Source of the DNA: Mayamaea pseudoterrestris
Lineage: Eukaryota
Assembly: GCA_027923505.1 (NCBI GenBank)
Contig: BROI01000001.1
Coordinates: 868,001 to 932,000 of the forward strand
DNA length: 64,000 nucleotides
Direction of reading: 5' to 3'
The number at the start of each line of letters is the position of its first letter. The stretch's first letter is position 1. Shown piece by piece: positions 19,654 to 31,433 of this stretch. The translations under genes were made by a program, and so were the position numbers. The notes under the pieces are model-generated. The model was not told where the DNA came from and ran no database searches. It was given only the letters and a program-made list of their open reading frames with translations.

Positions 19654-21297
19654 GATGAGCTTGATTTGAGATAATGATTTGGTTGATTGGCTTGATGAGG
19701 TTTGAAGATTTGGATCTCGAACGTATGCCGATTCGAAGAAGATCGTCGAACTTGGAAGGTCATGGATCCTTCGATTCGAAAATTGGTCATTCTGTGTGAG
19801 TATTCACCATGGTGCCACGATTCTGTCTAGGGGGCATAGTTTTTAGATGCAGTTATGTGAGTGAGACAACAGCCGGTCCGCAAAAAATCATCTGCCGACA
19901 TATTTAAAAGTCACAAGAATACTATCACACATGGGCGTATGTCCATCGAGGCCCAGGCAGCACTAACAGCATGCATCATGGATCTGTAAAGATCCGAGGC
20001 AACACGACCTGCAGCCGCATTTGATAATGTGGTTTACGTCTAAATTCATACGTACGCACTCGAATGAAGCATATGCCTCCGACAGCTTATGTCTCGATGT
20101 TGCGCCAGATGCGCCAGCCCATATTAAAGCATCTTACAGCTGCCGTTGTCGCTTGTGTCCAGTGTGAAAGATAAAGCGGTGTGAAGCATTCAGGGTTGTC
20201 TCGCGGTTATTTAGCACGACCGACGGTGTGGACGCCGCCAACGAGTTTGACCATGACAAATACCAGCCTACTCGCCGAATGGTCAGCTCGAATTTCAGTT
20301 TTGCAGCTCCACTATCTAGAAGTAAAGCTAAGGAAGCTGAACGTGTGACAACTACCTTGTACCATAAACTATATTTATGCAAGTTACTCGATACAAAGCA
20401 AGTCGTTTGTTTGCACGCTTTCGGTACAGTTGAGAGTGCATCATCGCCGCCTCGATGTTTCTTGCGGCGGTGACAAACCAAGTGGATAGTGGAAATTTCC
20501 AGACGATAACTCTGTATACGCTTCTTCAGCTGTCTCGTGATAGAATGCCTCGTCGTCTACCCTCCACCATTTGAATCGTCTGTGAGCAAAGAACAAACAA
20601 GCTTTAGTTGTAGCGACGCAAACATGCAAACAAAGTGACCCAACAGTACACTTGTGCGAAGAAAAAAGTTCTTGCTGTCTAATTCAAATTTTTATTGTAT
20701 GGACCTGTTTGGTTTTCTAGGCATTGTGTCGCGATTTTGTGGGGAAGGCAAGGTAAGTGTGGGCATGGAGAAAGATGCGTCTGCCGCGATCGATGCTTCT
20801 AAACTGCAGTCCGAATTATCCATGGACCTTGACGGTTTCCTCGGCGCCGAGTCAGTGGCATGACTACTGTGAATTGCGACCATTGTTGTCGATGAAAATG
20901 TTTGGTAAACATGGGCAGCGCTATCCGTTCTGATCGATGAAGACAAGATGCGGCGGCATGTGCAAAGATTCCCGGGCGAATTTCGGAGGTTCAACGTCTG
21001 CGCTGAGGGGTTAACTACGAGTACTGTAAATGACGTTTCGGCAATGACGAGTGACGCCACCACCGTCAATTATTCAATCGTGCGTACGACGTACGCTCAC
21101 AATCAAGAGCAGATGGAGTATTTTTTGCATCATGTTCCCTTTCATGTTCGCGAGGAGCTGGTTTTCAAGCATTATGCTCCCCACGACCAAAAAATCGCGC
21201 TGTGGTCGCCACTAACAGTAAAGCCGCAAGTATCTCATTCGCGTCATCGCCCACGCTCATTCTTGATCGATTATTTGCAACACTTTTCTCGTCAACC

Positions 21298-22736
21298 ATG
21301 TCCAAAGATCAAGATCTGGTGCGAGGCTTCGAGTCCATTTGCCTTCACGCTGGCTATTTGCCAGATGAAACCACGAGCCGCGCCGTTCCATTGTATCGCA
21401 CAGCTCCCTACAAGTTCGAGTCGACGGAAAAGGCAGCCGCTCTCTTTGGGCTCCAGGAGCTTGGCAACATTTACAGTGAGTAACAGGTTCTTGTCATCGG
21501 TTTGGCATTTGGTAGATGAAGCTAATGTTTAAGCATCTTATCATGTTTTGTAGAGACCGCATCGAATTAAGTTCTCACAAAACAAATCTTTCTTCCGATA
21601 TGTGTACATTTCCAGCTCGCATTGGAAACCCAACTCAGAGCATTCTCGAGGAGCGATTCACCAAAATGGAGGGCGGAGCCGCAGCCTTGGCGACGGCGAG
21701 TGGAACTGCCGCCTGCTTTTACGCAATCATCAACATTTGCCAGCAGGGCGACTCGTTTGTGAGCGCTCGCAACTTGTACGGTGGCACCTATACGCAATTC
21801 AACGATATTTTACCGCAATTTGGTATTACCTGCAAGTTTGTTGACATTACCGACCCAAAGGCTGTGGCTGCTGCCATTGACGAGACCACAAAGTGCGTCT
21901 TTTGCGAAACGGTGAGCAATCCGGCGCTTGAAATTACGCCACTCGATGAGATTGCCAAGGTGGCGCATGCGGCTGGGATTCCATTCATTGTGGATGACAC
22001 CTTCACGACGCCCTACTTGTGTCGTCCTATCGACCATGGCGCCGACATTATTTGTCACTCGCTGACAAAGTGGACCGGCGGTCACGGCACTGGTATTGGC
22101 GGCATTGTCGTTGACGCTGGACGCTTCGATTGGGCCGCCGGCAAGCATCCCTTGTTCACATCTCCGGATACATCCTACAATGGTCTTCGTTGGGGCGTTG
22201 ACTTGCCGCCGGCGTTACTTCCGATTGCGTTCATTTTGCGCATGCGGACAGTTCCTCTCCGCAACCTTGGCGCATGCATTTCACCAGATAATGCGTGGAT
22301 GTTTCTGCAGGGTATTGAGACATTAGCCTTACGCATGGATCGTCACTGCGAAAATGCTTTCAAAGTGGCCGAGTATTTGAGCAGTCACGAAAAGGTGGAG
22401 TGGGTCAAGTATCCTGGATTGGTTGGTGACAAGGAGTATGAAAAGAATGTCAGGTACATTCAAGGCAAGGGCGGAGCGTTGGTTGTTTTTGAAATCAAGG
22501 GAGGCGCCGACGCTGGCAAGCAGTTTATTGACGCCTTGAAACTGATTTCGCACGTTGCCAATGTTGGCGATGCCAAGAGCTTGGCCATCAACCCAGCCAC
22601 GACGACGCACTCCCAGCTGAACGAGGAGCAGCAACGCTTGTGCGGCATTACACCCGGCATGGTCCGTCTAGCGATTGGGATTGAAACATCTGCGGACATT
22701 CAGGACGACATTACTCAAGCTTTGGAAATTGTATAA
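21298..22736 (+). CDS. MET17: O-acetylhomoserine/O-acetylserine sulfhydrylase (MetY/MET17 family), 2 exons
   Basis: Exons 21298-21475 and 21616-22736 with a GTGAGT...TTCCAG intron; splicing restores GNIYTRIGNPT. Also ASGTAA, LYGGTY, PLP lysine in HSLTKWTGGHG, and ANVGDAKSL. Confidence 0.92.
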
Positions 22737-23197
22737 AATGATGAGTTACATTTACGACGCAAATGCCTACCGGTAGAACGATTGCCGGCCTTCAAGGAAG
22801 GCACCCAACTGTGGATCTATTATAAACGCCTCTGCTAGATAGAGTATGAAAAATAGGCTTTAACCTATCGATAAACATTCAAAGCAAGCATGATGAGACA
22901 TAGCTAAACCTATTCGACGACTAACTCTTGGAATTCGGAACATAGCTCGCGTGCGTTTTGATTGGTTATTTGGGCGTCACTTCTAACCGTCATTGCCGTT
23001 CGCTCCCCTGCGTCTGTGAAAAGTCGACCAAATTCTGATTCGTGCAAAACTCGCATCGCAAGGGAGCATGTCGAGAACCTGCGACAGACGTCGGTCGATT
23101 CGGAGGCAACACAATGGCCGCTGATCGACGGTGTGTCCACATACAAACAGAAATACCATCGCGCCTTCTCTCGTCGTCCATCCTTATAAATCTATAA

Positions 23198-25193
23198 ATG
23201 GACGATCCTCCCTCCTCTCATCAAAGTATTGGCATGCATATTGATCAGGCTATTGACTCATTCCATTCATTGAGCTCGACGCAGCTGTACACGCTCATTG
23301 TCGGCCTCATTGTCTTGCTGACTTGCTACTTGCTCGGCAGCGCGCCCCTGTTGCTTCCAACCGGAACTAGTTTTGAAAATGAACATTACGCAAAGAGACC
23401 GCATGCTCGCAAAGAATCCGATGGTCCAGAGCCGCGGTGGCACATATTCCGCTACGTGTCACTGGTCATGGTGGCATTGTTCAGCGCCAGTGTCGTTGAG
23501 TTTGGACTGCATGCTCGCGCCTACATGAGGGATAGCGGACGCTTGCTGCAGTTTTTGGTTGGATGGAGTGTATGTCTCTGCTACTTTTTTGGTTTCTTTG
23601 GAGTTTCGTTTGTTTATAATAGTGAATTGGGATTGGAAGGTGATGAAGACGACCAGCAGCAAGAAGCGGTGCAGCGCAAGCAGGAGATGAATGAAAGAAA
23701 CGATTGCAATGGAACAGAGTAAGTCGGAAGGCAGGAGAGAAAGAATAGTTAATCATCGTTGGAGCTTGTAAGTAATCCAGCTCTTTCTATTTCCTTGACG
23801 CAGACCAATTAAGCCGCCGAGAAAGTCTGGCATTCATCCGCCTGCAGCTTGCGCTCCAATCTGCAGCGATAAGTCTTTGCCAAAGCCAATTAAGCAAGCT
23901 GCAACAGTCTCGCATCACCATGAGTATGAAAACATGCCGAACGAGGACATCGCGCAGCTTGTACTCGATAATCGCATGAAGGACCATGAACTTGAGACGC
24001 GACTGGATGCTCGCCGCGCCGTTTCGGTTCGTCGGCTGGTTGTTCAACAAAAGCTACAGTCACTTGGACGCGGCGACGCCCTTGCCAAGCTGCCCTACCA
24101 AAACGACCTTGACTATTCTCGCGTCCATGGCGCCAATTGCGAAATCGTCGTTGGCTACGTTCCCATTCCAGTTGGCATGGTTGGTCCATTGACGCTCAAT
24201 GACGAAACTGTCTACATCCCAATGGCCACGACGGAAGGTTGCCTCGTCGCCAGCACCAATCGCGGCGTCAAGGCCATTACCAGCTGCGGCGGCGCGCACG
24301 CACAAATTGTCAAGGATGGCATTACGCGAGCACCGTGCTTGCGCATGAAGTCGGCCATGGAGGCAGCCTCGCTCAAGCTTTGGTGCGAGGCTCCGGAGAA
24401 TTTTGCAAGGCTCAAGCAAGCCTTTGAGCGAACAACGTCGTTCGGTAAACTAAAGAGTCTGCAGGCAACTGTTGCCGGCAAGAATGTGTATTTAAGGTTA
24501 GTTTGCTTTTCGGGCGACGCCATGGGAATGAACATGGTATCCAAGGGCAGTTTGGCAGTGATTGAATGCCTACAGGCAGAGTTTCCTCAAGTTGAATTAG
24601 TCGCGCTCTCGGGCAACATGTGCACCGATAAGAAAGCAGCAGCGACGAATTGGTTGGAAGGCCGCGGCAAGTCAGTGGTGGTGGAAGCTATTATTTCTAA
24701 AGATGTGGTCCGTAATGTGCTCAAGACGACGGCCAAGGCCATGGTTTATACCAATCTGCACAAGAACCTGATCGGAAGTGCCATGGCCGGTGTCATGGGT
24801 GGTTTTAATGCTCATGCTTCCAATATTGTCACTGCCATTTTCTTGGCGACTGGTCAGGATCCGGCGCAGAATGTTGAAAGTAGCAACTGCATTACACTCA
24901 TGGAGGAGACGGACGAGGGCGACTTGTGGATCAGTTGTACTATGCCAAGCTTGGAAGTTGGCACGGTTGGCGGTGGCACTGGTCTCGAGGCTCAAGCGGC
25001 TTGCCTGCAAGCGATGGGATGCAAAGGCGCTGGTGTTGTTCCAGGCGACAACGCCAAGAAGCTGGCAAGCATTGTGGCGGCTGCTACCATGGCGGGTGAG
25101 TTGAGCTTACTAGCGGCGCTGGCTGCCAATACTCTGGTGCAGGCGCACATGCAGCACAATCGCAAGCCCGTTACTTCTTCAAGTAAGGTTTAA
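23198..25193 (+). CDS. HMGR: HMG-CoA reductase (class I) with an N-terminal membrane domain, 2 exons
   Basis: Exons 23198-23718 and 23804-25193 (GTAAGT...CGCAG, frame-consistent). Motifs CEIVVGYVPIPVG, PMATTEGCLVAS, GDAMGMNM, GTVGGGT, GELSLLAAL. Confidence 0.93.
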
Positions 25194-26283
25194 GTGGGAG
25201 CGAAAACACGCTCTACTGTACTCATTGCTCGTCTGCTTGGTGTTGATGTTTCTTTGTCCGAGGTTATAAGGTTGCGGCAAATACTCTGTTTTAAATTTCC
25301 ATGTAATAGCGCACACATTTATTATGTTTGAAATCGTTCTTACTGGTTATGCAAGTAAAGCGTGTACGTAGCCTACTGATCTCAATAAGCACTGGTGGGT
25401 CTCCGTCGCTCTTCAGGCTGCGCCTTTCCGACAGGGCTTAGCGTATTGGCGCATTCATCTTTGCCCGTGCGCTTGGCTTTAAAAGTACACCCGTGTGTGA
25501 TCCATATCGCTGACTACTTTAACCCGCTCCGACTGAGTAGCGCTTGCAAGGCAGACGATGGGTTGCCGTGTTTTAAACTTTAGGTACGAGTACGACAGCT
25601 TCGCGTCGACGAACGCGCTGCGGTTGACCATTGCATATGAAGCACCAAGCACAGTGAATGGCAAATTCGTACTTGGCAGAGTTAAAAGGAAATCTACCAG
25701 CTGTTTCATTTGCCGACTGGTGATGCCGCGCGTTTGCAAAGGAACTGACATAGGAACTGGCATCGCCGCTTTTGTGAAGCTTCCCGCGGCCGAAGTCCAC
25801 TCGAGCTGCAAATATCCTTGCCTTCATGAGTGGAACGATGCTCATGTGGCATGACATACTGTCAACCTACAATCGGGTCACACACCAGTCTTAGCCTTTG
25901 ACGCGACGTGTACCGGTATTTCATGTGTACAGTGATCGACGTCAATGGCTGGCAATGACGAGAGTCGGTACCGGTAGAGAGTTGTTCCGTACGATAATGT
26001 TGGAATAAAATGACTCCTAAGATACATTATCTTTTCTTCTACTAGTCTGTGAGATCATTAAAGTGATTACTTGAAGGATTTTCGTTTTGCTGCTGACTCA
26101 GCTCAGTAGTCTCGTTCTCGTATGCTGCGTTTGTTCACTGCTTTGTCTCGTTCATATGTCTTGTTGAAGGTTATGTAATAACACCGATTTGATTGTGACC
26201 ATGTGCCTTCCAAATATTATTGGCTTCGAACGCCACCTGACAGCTCACTTTTGCTTCACAATCGCAGGCTGGTGGTCAAGCTA

Positions 26284-26883
26284 CTACGGGTTCGCGGTAT
26301 CAGTGATTTCGATTCCGGGAGCCGACGCTTGCGACGCAGTCTTCGTCGGTGGACTTTCTTTCATAATGTCGATTGGTCCCCAAGCAAATAAAGCGGTAAT
26401 GATTGCGCCCAGCGCCCAAAAGGCGAGTGCAATGTAGCGGATGTATCCGTTCTAAACAGAGTGGCAGGGATTGGTGAGGCGAACGGCGCGTGTATGTGGT
26501 ATAGTTGCCGCAATCGTCGGCATCGTCACTTACATGGCAGATTGCTTCCATGACGACATTGACAACGCAATTTACAAAGGCAAAACTGTACAACCTCTTG
26601 ACTTGACACTTTTTGTCCATTTGGATGCAGGCAGGAATCAGGACATAAATCACGCTAATGATGCCAAGTACGATTGCGACCAATGATGTTGCTAGACAGT
26701 AAGGCCTGATAAACGTGAAAATGAGCCCCAGCACAAGAATTACTACTGGGAGAAGGGGAAGCAAACTTCCATGAGGAAAGCACTTTGGTCTGTGGTCGCA
26801 AGGAAAAACGAGCGTCGGTCGCGTGAGAACTTCTTGTAAAAATAACTCGTACCTCGCTCCCACAATCCTTACCGGAAAGCCAT
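26284..26883 (-). CDS. Small 4-TM membrane protein, tandem paralog A, 3 exons
   Basis: Exons 26883-26873, 26789-26534, 26451-26284 give MAFRPKCFPHGSLLP...MEAICH/NGYIRYIALAFWALGAIITALFAWGP...NP*. Confidence 0.8.
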
Positions 26884-27900
26884 CGTAGCTCTTTTAGATA
26901 TCGAATTAATGAAGCAACTTCCTCGTAAACTGGTAGAATAGGCTAATCGCTGGCAGGATGCATCCGACTTCCGTCGAACAGAGAAGTATAACTTCTGGAA
27001 ATAAAACTCATCCGGGAACTTCTAGGATCATGTTACTAGAGTAATTGATATGATAGCTACGCCAACTCGGTGATGAATACGATAGTAACTCATCCTAGAA
27101 CTTCCAGACGTACTTGGCTGTTATTAGAATAAGAATGCACGAGCCATCAATCGTGTAAGATCGGGTGCAAAGTGGGTGCGGACGACAACATACTCCAGTG
27201 CACATAGCTATGGATCGAAAACCAGACGGATGTGCGTCTGCTTCATAGTTCATTATTCATTCCTGTGCTGCGTGCTAGGATATAGCATCATTCAACATTA
27301 TTTACCTCCAGGCGCGCTCAAATAAAAAATGTCCGATATACTCACTCACGTGTCGATACTTTCCTACGACGTAATAGCTAGCGTTAACCGTTGCGACACG
27401 AAAATGGTGCATGATTGCTGCCCGCCGGATGAATGAAGAATGAGGTCGACCAGCTTGCGCATCGCAGACGTCTTACCTTGGTTCCTCGGGGAGTTATGTA
27501 GTACTAGCGACGATAACAGACATTGCTTTCACTACTGACATGCAGAAATATTATTTTGGCTCGTGCGCCTGCTGCTGATTGCAATTTGCTCCAAGCATCA
27601 ATGATGCGATAAGGCGCCAATTGACAAAGGAGGTTGGAGGGCCACCGTTGACCAAAGCCCAAAGCAAAGACGCGTCAACCTATCGAAACCTTGTCATTTC
27701 GACACTGCACTTCCAAATCTACGTGAAGCGAAAAATGGCGTCAGGCGTCACCGCATGCTCGACAAGCCTGCGCCAGAAGCATTCAATGAAACCGTACGAA
27801 GTACGAATTCTTTTGCCACCAATGTACGCCATTGCGACTACAACCAATTGACCTAATGTGAGTTTTCATTAACGAAGTCTATAAACTTGCATCAATTCAA

Positions 27901-28531
27901 CTACGGGGTGCCGGTGGCTTTGACTTCGATTCCTGGTGCGGCCGCTGGCTCAGTCGTCGTTGGCGGACTCTCTTTGATGATCTTCATCGGAGCCCATGCA
28001 AAAACGCCTGTAATGATTGCACCCAATGCCCAAAATGCGATTGCAACGTAGCGGACGTAACGATTCTAAACACAGACGATAAGGGTAAGAGGTACGACGC
28101 GAACGGTTGCTGAAATGGCGGTCATGCAGTCATGCAATCATTATTGCTTACCCGGCAGATAGCTTCCATGATGATGTTGACAATGCAAAAGCTGAAAGCA
28201 AAGCCATACAGTCTTTTTAACTGGCAGGTTGAGTCGAACTGAACGCAGGCAGGGAGCAAGACGAGGATCACGCTTATGATGCCAAGGATAATAGCCACTG
28301 TAGATGTAGCTATACAGTACGGCCTGACAAATGTGAATATGAGTCCCAAGACAAGAATCACTCCTGGAAGAAAAGGAAGCAAAGGCCCGTATGGACAACA
28401 CTTTGGTCTGTAGGTAGACAGAAGGATGGACCAACCGTTCGTTGCGTGAGAAGTAAGAACCGCGCAAAATGTAGGTGGGATTGGGTTGTCCGGCGGACAC
28501 TAATGCAGACAGATCCTTACCGGTATAGCAT
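27901..28531 (-). CDS. Small 4-TM membrane protein, tandem paralog B, 3 exons
   Basis: Exons 28531-28521, 28407-28152, 28065-27901 give MLYRPKCCPYGPLLP...MEAICR/NRYVRYVAIAFWALGAIITGVFAWAP...TP*. Confidence 0.8.
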
Positions 28532-28846
28532 AGTAACTTCTTTATCCTATTTAGTGAAACCTATGTGAACTACGTATATGTTTGCTCAAAGAAATGTGCT
28601 GCTCACAACCTCGGAACAGGAAACCGACTTTCGTCGAATGACAATCTTCAGGAATCTCGCACTGCGAGTTGTGACTGCCGATGTGACGACAAAAATTTTG
28701 ATCGTGTGCAAGCGTTGGCGTCTACTACTATCGGTATAACAAAGATCACTAATATAACAGTTAAGAACGTGCTAGAATACAATTACAATTTCTTTATCCA
28801 ACTTTATCCAACTCAACATGGGGCTGAGTTGCTAATGAACCTCAAT

Positions 28847-29429
28847 CTACGCGTTGAGGCTTGTCGTGTTGGTTCTGTTCGTTGCGTGTGCCTCGCTCTC
28901 CGCAATAACCTTGTTAGGTTTGAAGGCAAAATATGCAGTGACGATCGCTCCCAACGCCCAGAATGCAACTGCAACCCAGTTGGACCAAGAAGTCTGATAA
29001 GGAAAAACGAAAAGTGTAAGTCGTTTGTTCGCGCGTTATGGCAAGCAAATTAGCACTGCGATTGCGCTTACTCGGCAGAGAGCTTCCATGATCAGATTGA
29101 TAACGCTGAAAATGGAGGCAGCAATGAAGATGTACTTGATTTGGCTCGTGGTGTTGAACTGAATGCTTGCCGGAAGGAGGACCAGCATAACGCTGATGAC
29201 GCCGAGGACAATAGCAACACTCGATGTTCTACGGCAGTTGGGTCCAATGATCGTAAAGATCAATCCAAGCAAAAGGATAACACCTGGCACAAGCGGGAGC
29301 ATAGGTCCGTATGGGAAACAATTGGGTCTGTCGATAGGAAGAAGAAAAGGTGCGACGGGTGAGGCCTCATGACGGGACAGGATGTCATTCTCAATCGTCT
29401 AGCTGATAAATATCGTACTTTACAGCCAT
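28847..29429 (-). CDS. Small 4-TM membrane protein, tandem paralog C, 3 exons
   Basis: Exons 29429-29419, 29327-29072, 28993-28847 give MAVKPNCFPYGPMLP...MEALCR/TSWSNWVAVAFWALGAIVTAYFAFKP...NA*. Confidence 0.8.
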
Positions 29430-29764
29430 CGTGGAAGTTTTTTGCGGTCTTGAAAGTGCTGAATTAGATTTGTGAGTGTTGTCGATTAAGCAAACCTCGA
29501 TTGTTGTGACATGGACGCAGACTTTCGAAGAGGAGATCCGAAGTCGTTTGAAGCCGAAGGAGTTCAATTTTCGTCCATGGTTTGGTGTCAAGAAGGCCTC
29601 AGGTCGTATCGGTACACCAGAATCGGTGCGACATTAGCTCGTCGGTGTTGACGAATCGCGCTTTTGCGAACTTACCGCGGCAACCTTGGTTGCGACTTTG
29701 CCGCATTATATCATTATTTCCGTCCATTCCGTGCATTCACTTTATAGATTAAGCTTACAGCACA

Positions 29765-31090
29765 ATGGAATCGCCATCAAAAGTAGCCTTGCGTGAAATG
29801 CGCGTGCAGAAACGCGATTTGATGCGTCAATTGGTTTCGGAACGCAAACGCATCAAGACGCTCGAACGCGAAACCGTGTCATTGCGTACTCAAACGTCGG
29901 TACCCGAGACATACCTTGTTGCGTTGAACAGCGAGAAGGAAGATATGGCTCGCGATCTGTCGACGGAACGCCATCGTGTTGCGGCGCTTGAAAAGGAAGT
30001 TGCCTATTTTCGCGCTCAACACCAGCGCACCAGCAGCAGTTTGGAGACGGAGCGAACGCGAGCAGCGGCCCTCCGAGATGAGCTCAAACTTACCAAAGAT
30101 GCTCAAGTTCGTGACTACGCGAAACTAAAGGCAGCCAAGACAAGTGTCAGCGCGTTGACTTTGGAAAAGGATAAATTACTTCGCTTGTTGACTGCGGAGC
30201 GCGAGCGCAATTTGGCTCTAAAGAGTGACGCTGACAAATTTCGAGCGCAGATAAACACTCTGACTCAACTTTTGAATCAAGAGAAGAGTGATTCACACGC
30301 GCTTAAAAAGAGTACGTCACGTCTTCTTGAACAGGAGGTGAAGAATGTGGCGTTTGTGCAGACAAGCCTCGATAGGATGAGACAGAAGGTTGCTGCTGGG
30401 CGTGTTCAACTTGCATCGCTTGCATCAAGTAATAATGCATTATCTGCTCAAAAGGGGTACTTGGATCGCAGTTTGATCAGGGAGCGCAATCGCGTCGAAA
30501 CACTTGAACGAGATGTTGCCGCTGATCGAGCGCGAGAGATTGACTTGACTCGACTTTTGGAAACTGAACAGAAGCTTGTCGCTTCGCTGCGGCAGGATCT
30601 CAACGCTGCCAGCACGCGCCTTTTCAAACTAAATACCATTCAAAATGAATGGAATACCGAAGGATGTAGTAAAGAGGTTTTGTTTACATCGGGCAATTCG
30701 TTTTTAATGCTCTCAGTCGATGACAGCCCTGATGGAACGAGCATGCCAGGAGTATACGGTAATCTTGCTATGGACTCGGGCGTTTATCTCCAGCAGTTAT
30801 CATATAACGGCACTGGCTATACGTTTGTGGGCCTGGTGGCAAATGACACGGAAAAGGAGAATTTGAAATTCGCAGGAAACGATTTTCGGACGCTTCCCTT
30901 GATGAAGGTGGTTTCCGGCAATTCCGCATCAATTCTAGTCGACATGAACAAACGAGTCGCTACGATGACTAGCAATGGAGGAGGGGAAACAAGTTTTAAT
31001 TTACCTGCAAAGGTATGGGTCGCCTGCGCGCTCAAGCGCAGTACGGCGCGCGAAGCAACTTTGTTGCCTTGTTTGCACTGGGATGCCTGA
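29765..31090 (+). CDS. Long coiled-coil protein with a C-terminal beta-rich domain
   Basis: Repeated LxxERxRxxxLE heptad units over about 290 aa, then a globular tail of about 140 aa (YTFVGLV...ILVDMNKRVATM...LPAKVWVACAL), loosely SPRY-like. Confidence 0.7.
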   Translation: MESPSKVALREMRVQKRDLMRQLVSERKRIKTLERETVSLRTQTSVPETYLVALNSEKEDMARDLSTERHRVAALEKEVAYFRAQHQRTSSSLETERTRAAALRDELKLTKDAQVRDYAKLKAAKTSVSALTLEKDKLLRLLTAERERNLALKSDADKFRAQINTLTQLLNQEKSDSHALKKSTSRLLEQEVKNVAFVQTSLDRMRQKVAAGRVQLASLASSNNALSAQKGYLDRSLIRERNRVETLERDVAADRAREIDLTRLLETEQKLVASLRQDLNAASTRLFKLNTIQNEWNTEGCSKEVLFTSGNSFLMLSVDDSPDGTSMPGVYGNLAMDSGVYLQQLSYNGTGYTFVGLVANDTEKENLKFAGNDFRTLPLMKVVSGNSASILVDMNKRVATMTSNGGGETSFNLPAKVWVACALKRSTAREATLLPCLHWDA

Positions 31091-31433
31091 CTCTGAGCGA
31101 TCAACTAATATATCCAAAATGTCCATTGCTTATAGCATATAATATTGCAACAAAACTAAAAAATCCACTAACGCAACTGTGAAGAAGACCCATGTGCATG
31201 TACGTCTCGCGATATTGCCGAAGCGTCAGAGAAATGGTTGGACGATAAATTAAGTCAACGATGTGTTTCGTAGTATTTAGCTGTCTACGGAGCAGCTTAC
31301 GCGGCTTATTGTCGCTCCCGCCATCAGTGCAGCCAAAGCTCCAATGAATGGGTAGTACCCAAATTGAAAGTCGACAGGAAATGATCGAACGAACACTGCT
31401 TTTGCATTATGATAATTGCGCCACAGTCTGGTA

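Noticed and set aside
20441..20629. FKWWRV resembling a hAT transposase dimerisation motif
   Set aside because: The rest of the motif (e.g. SxxxERxFS) is absent and no terminal repeats are visible.
16085..25193. FNTB and HMGR (plus Rab11) as an isoprenoid/prenylation gene cluster
   Set aside because: These are housekeeping genes separated by unrelated loci, and Rab11 CC motifs use RabGGTase rather than FTase. Nothing suggests more than chance proximity.
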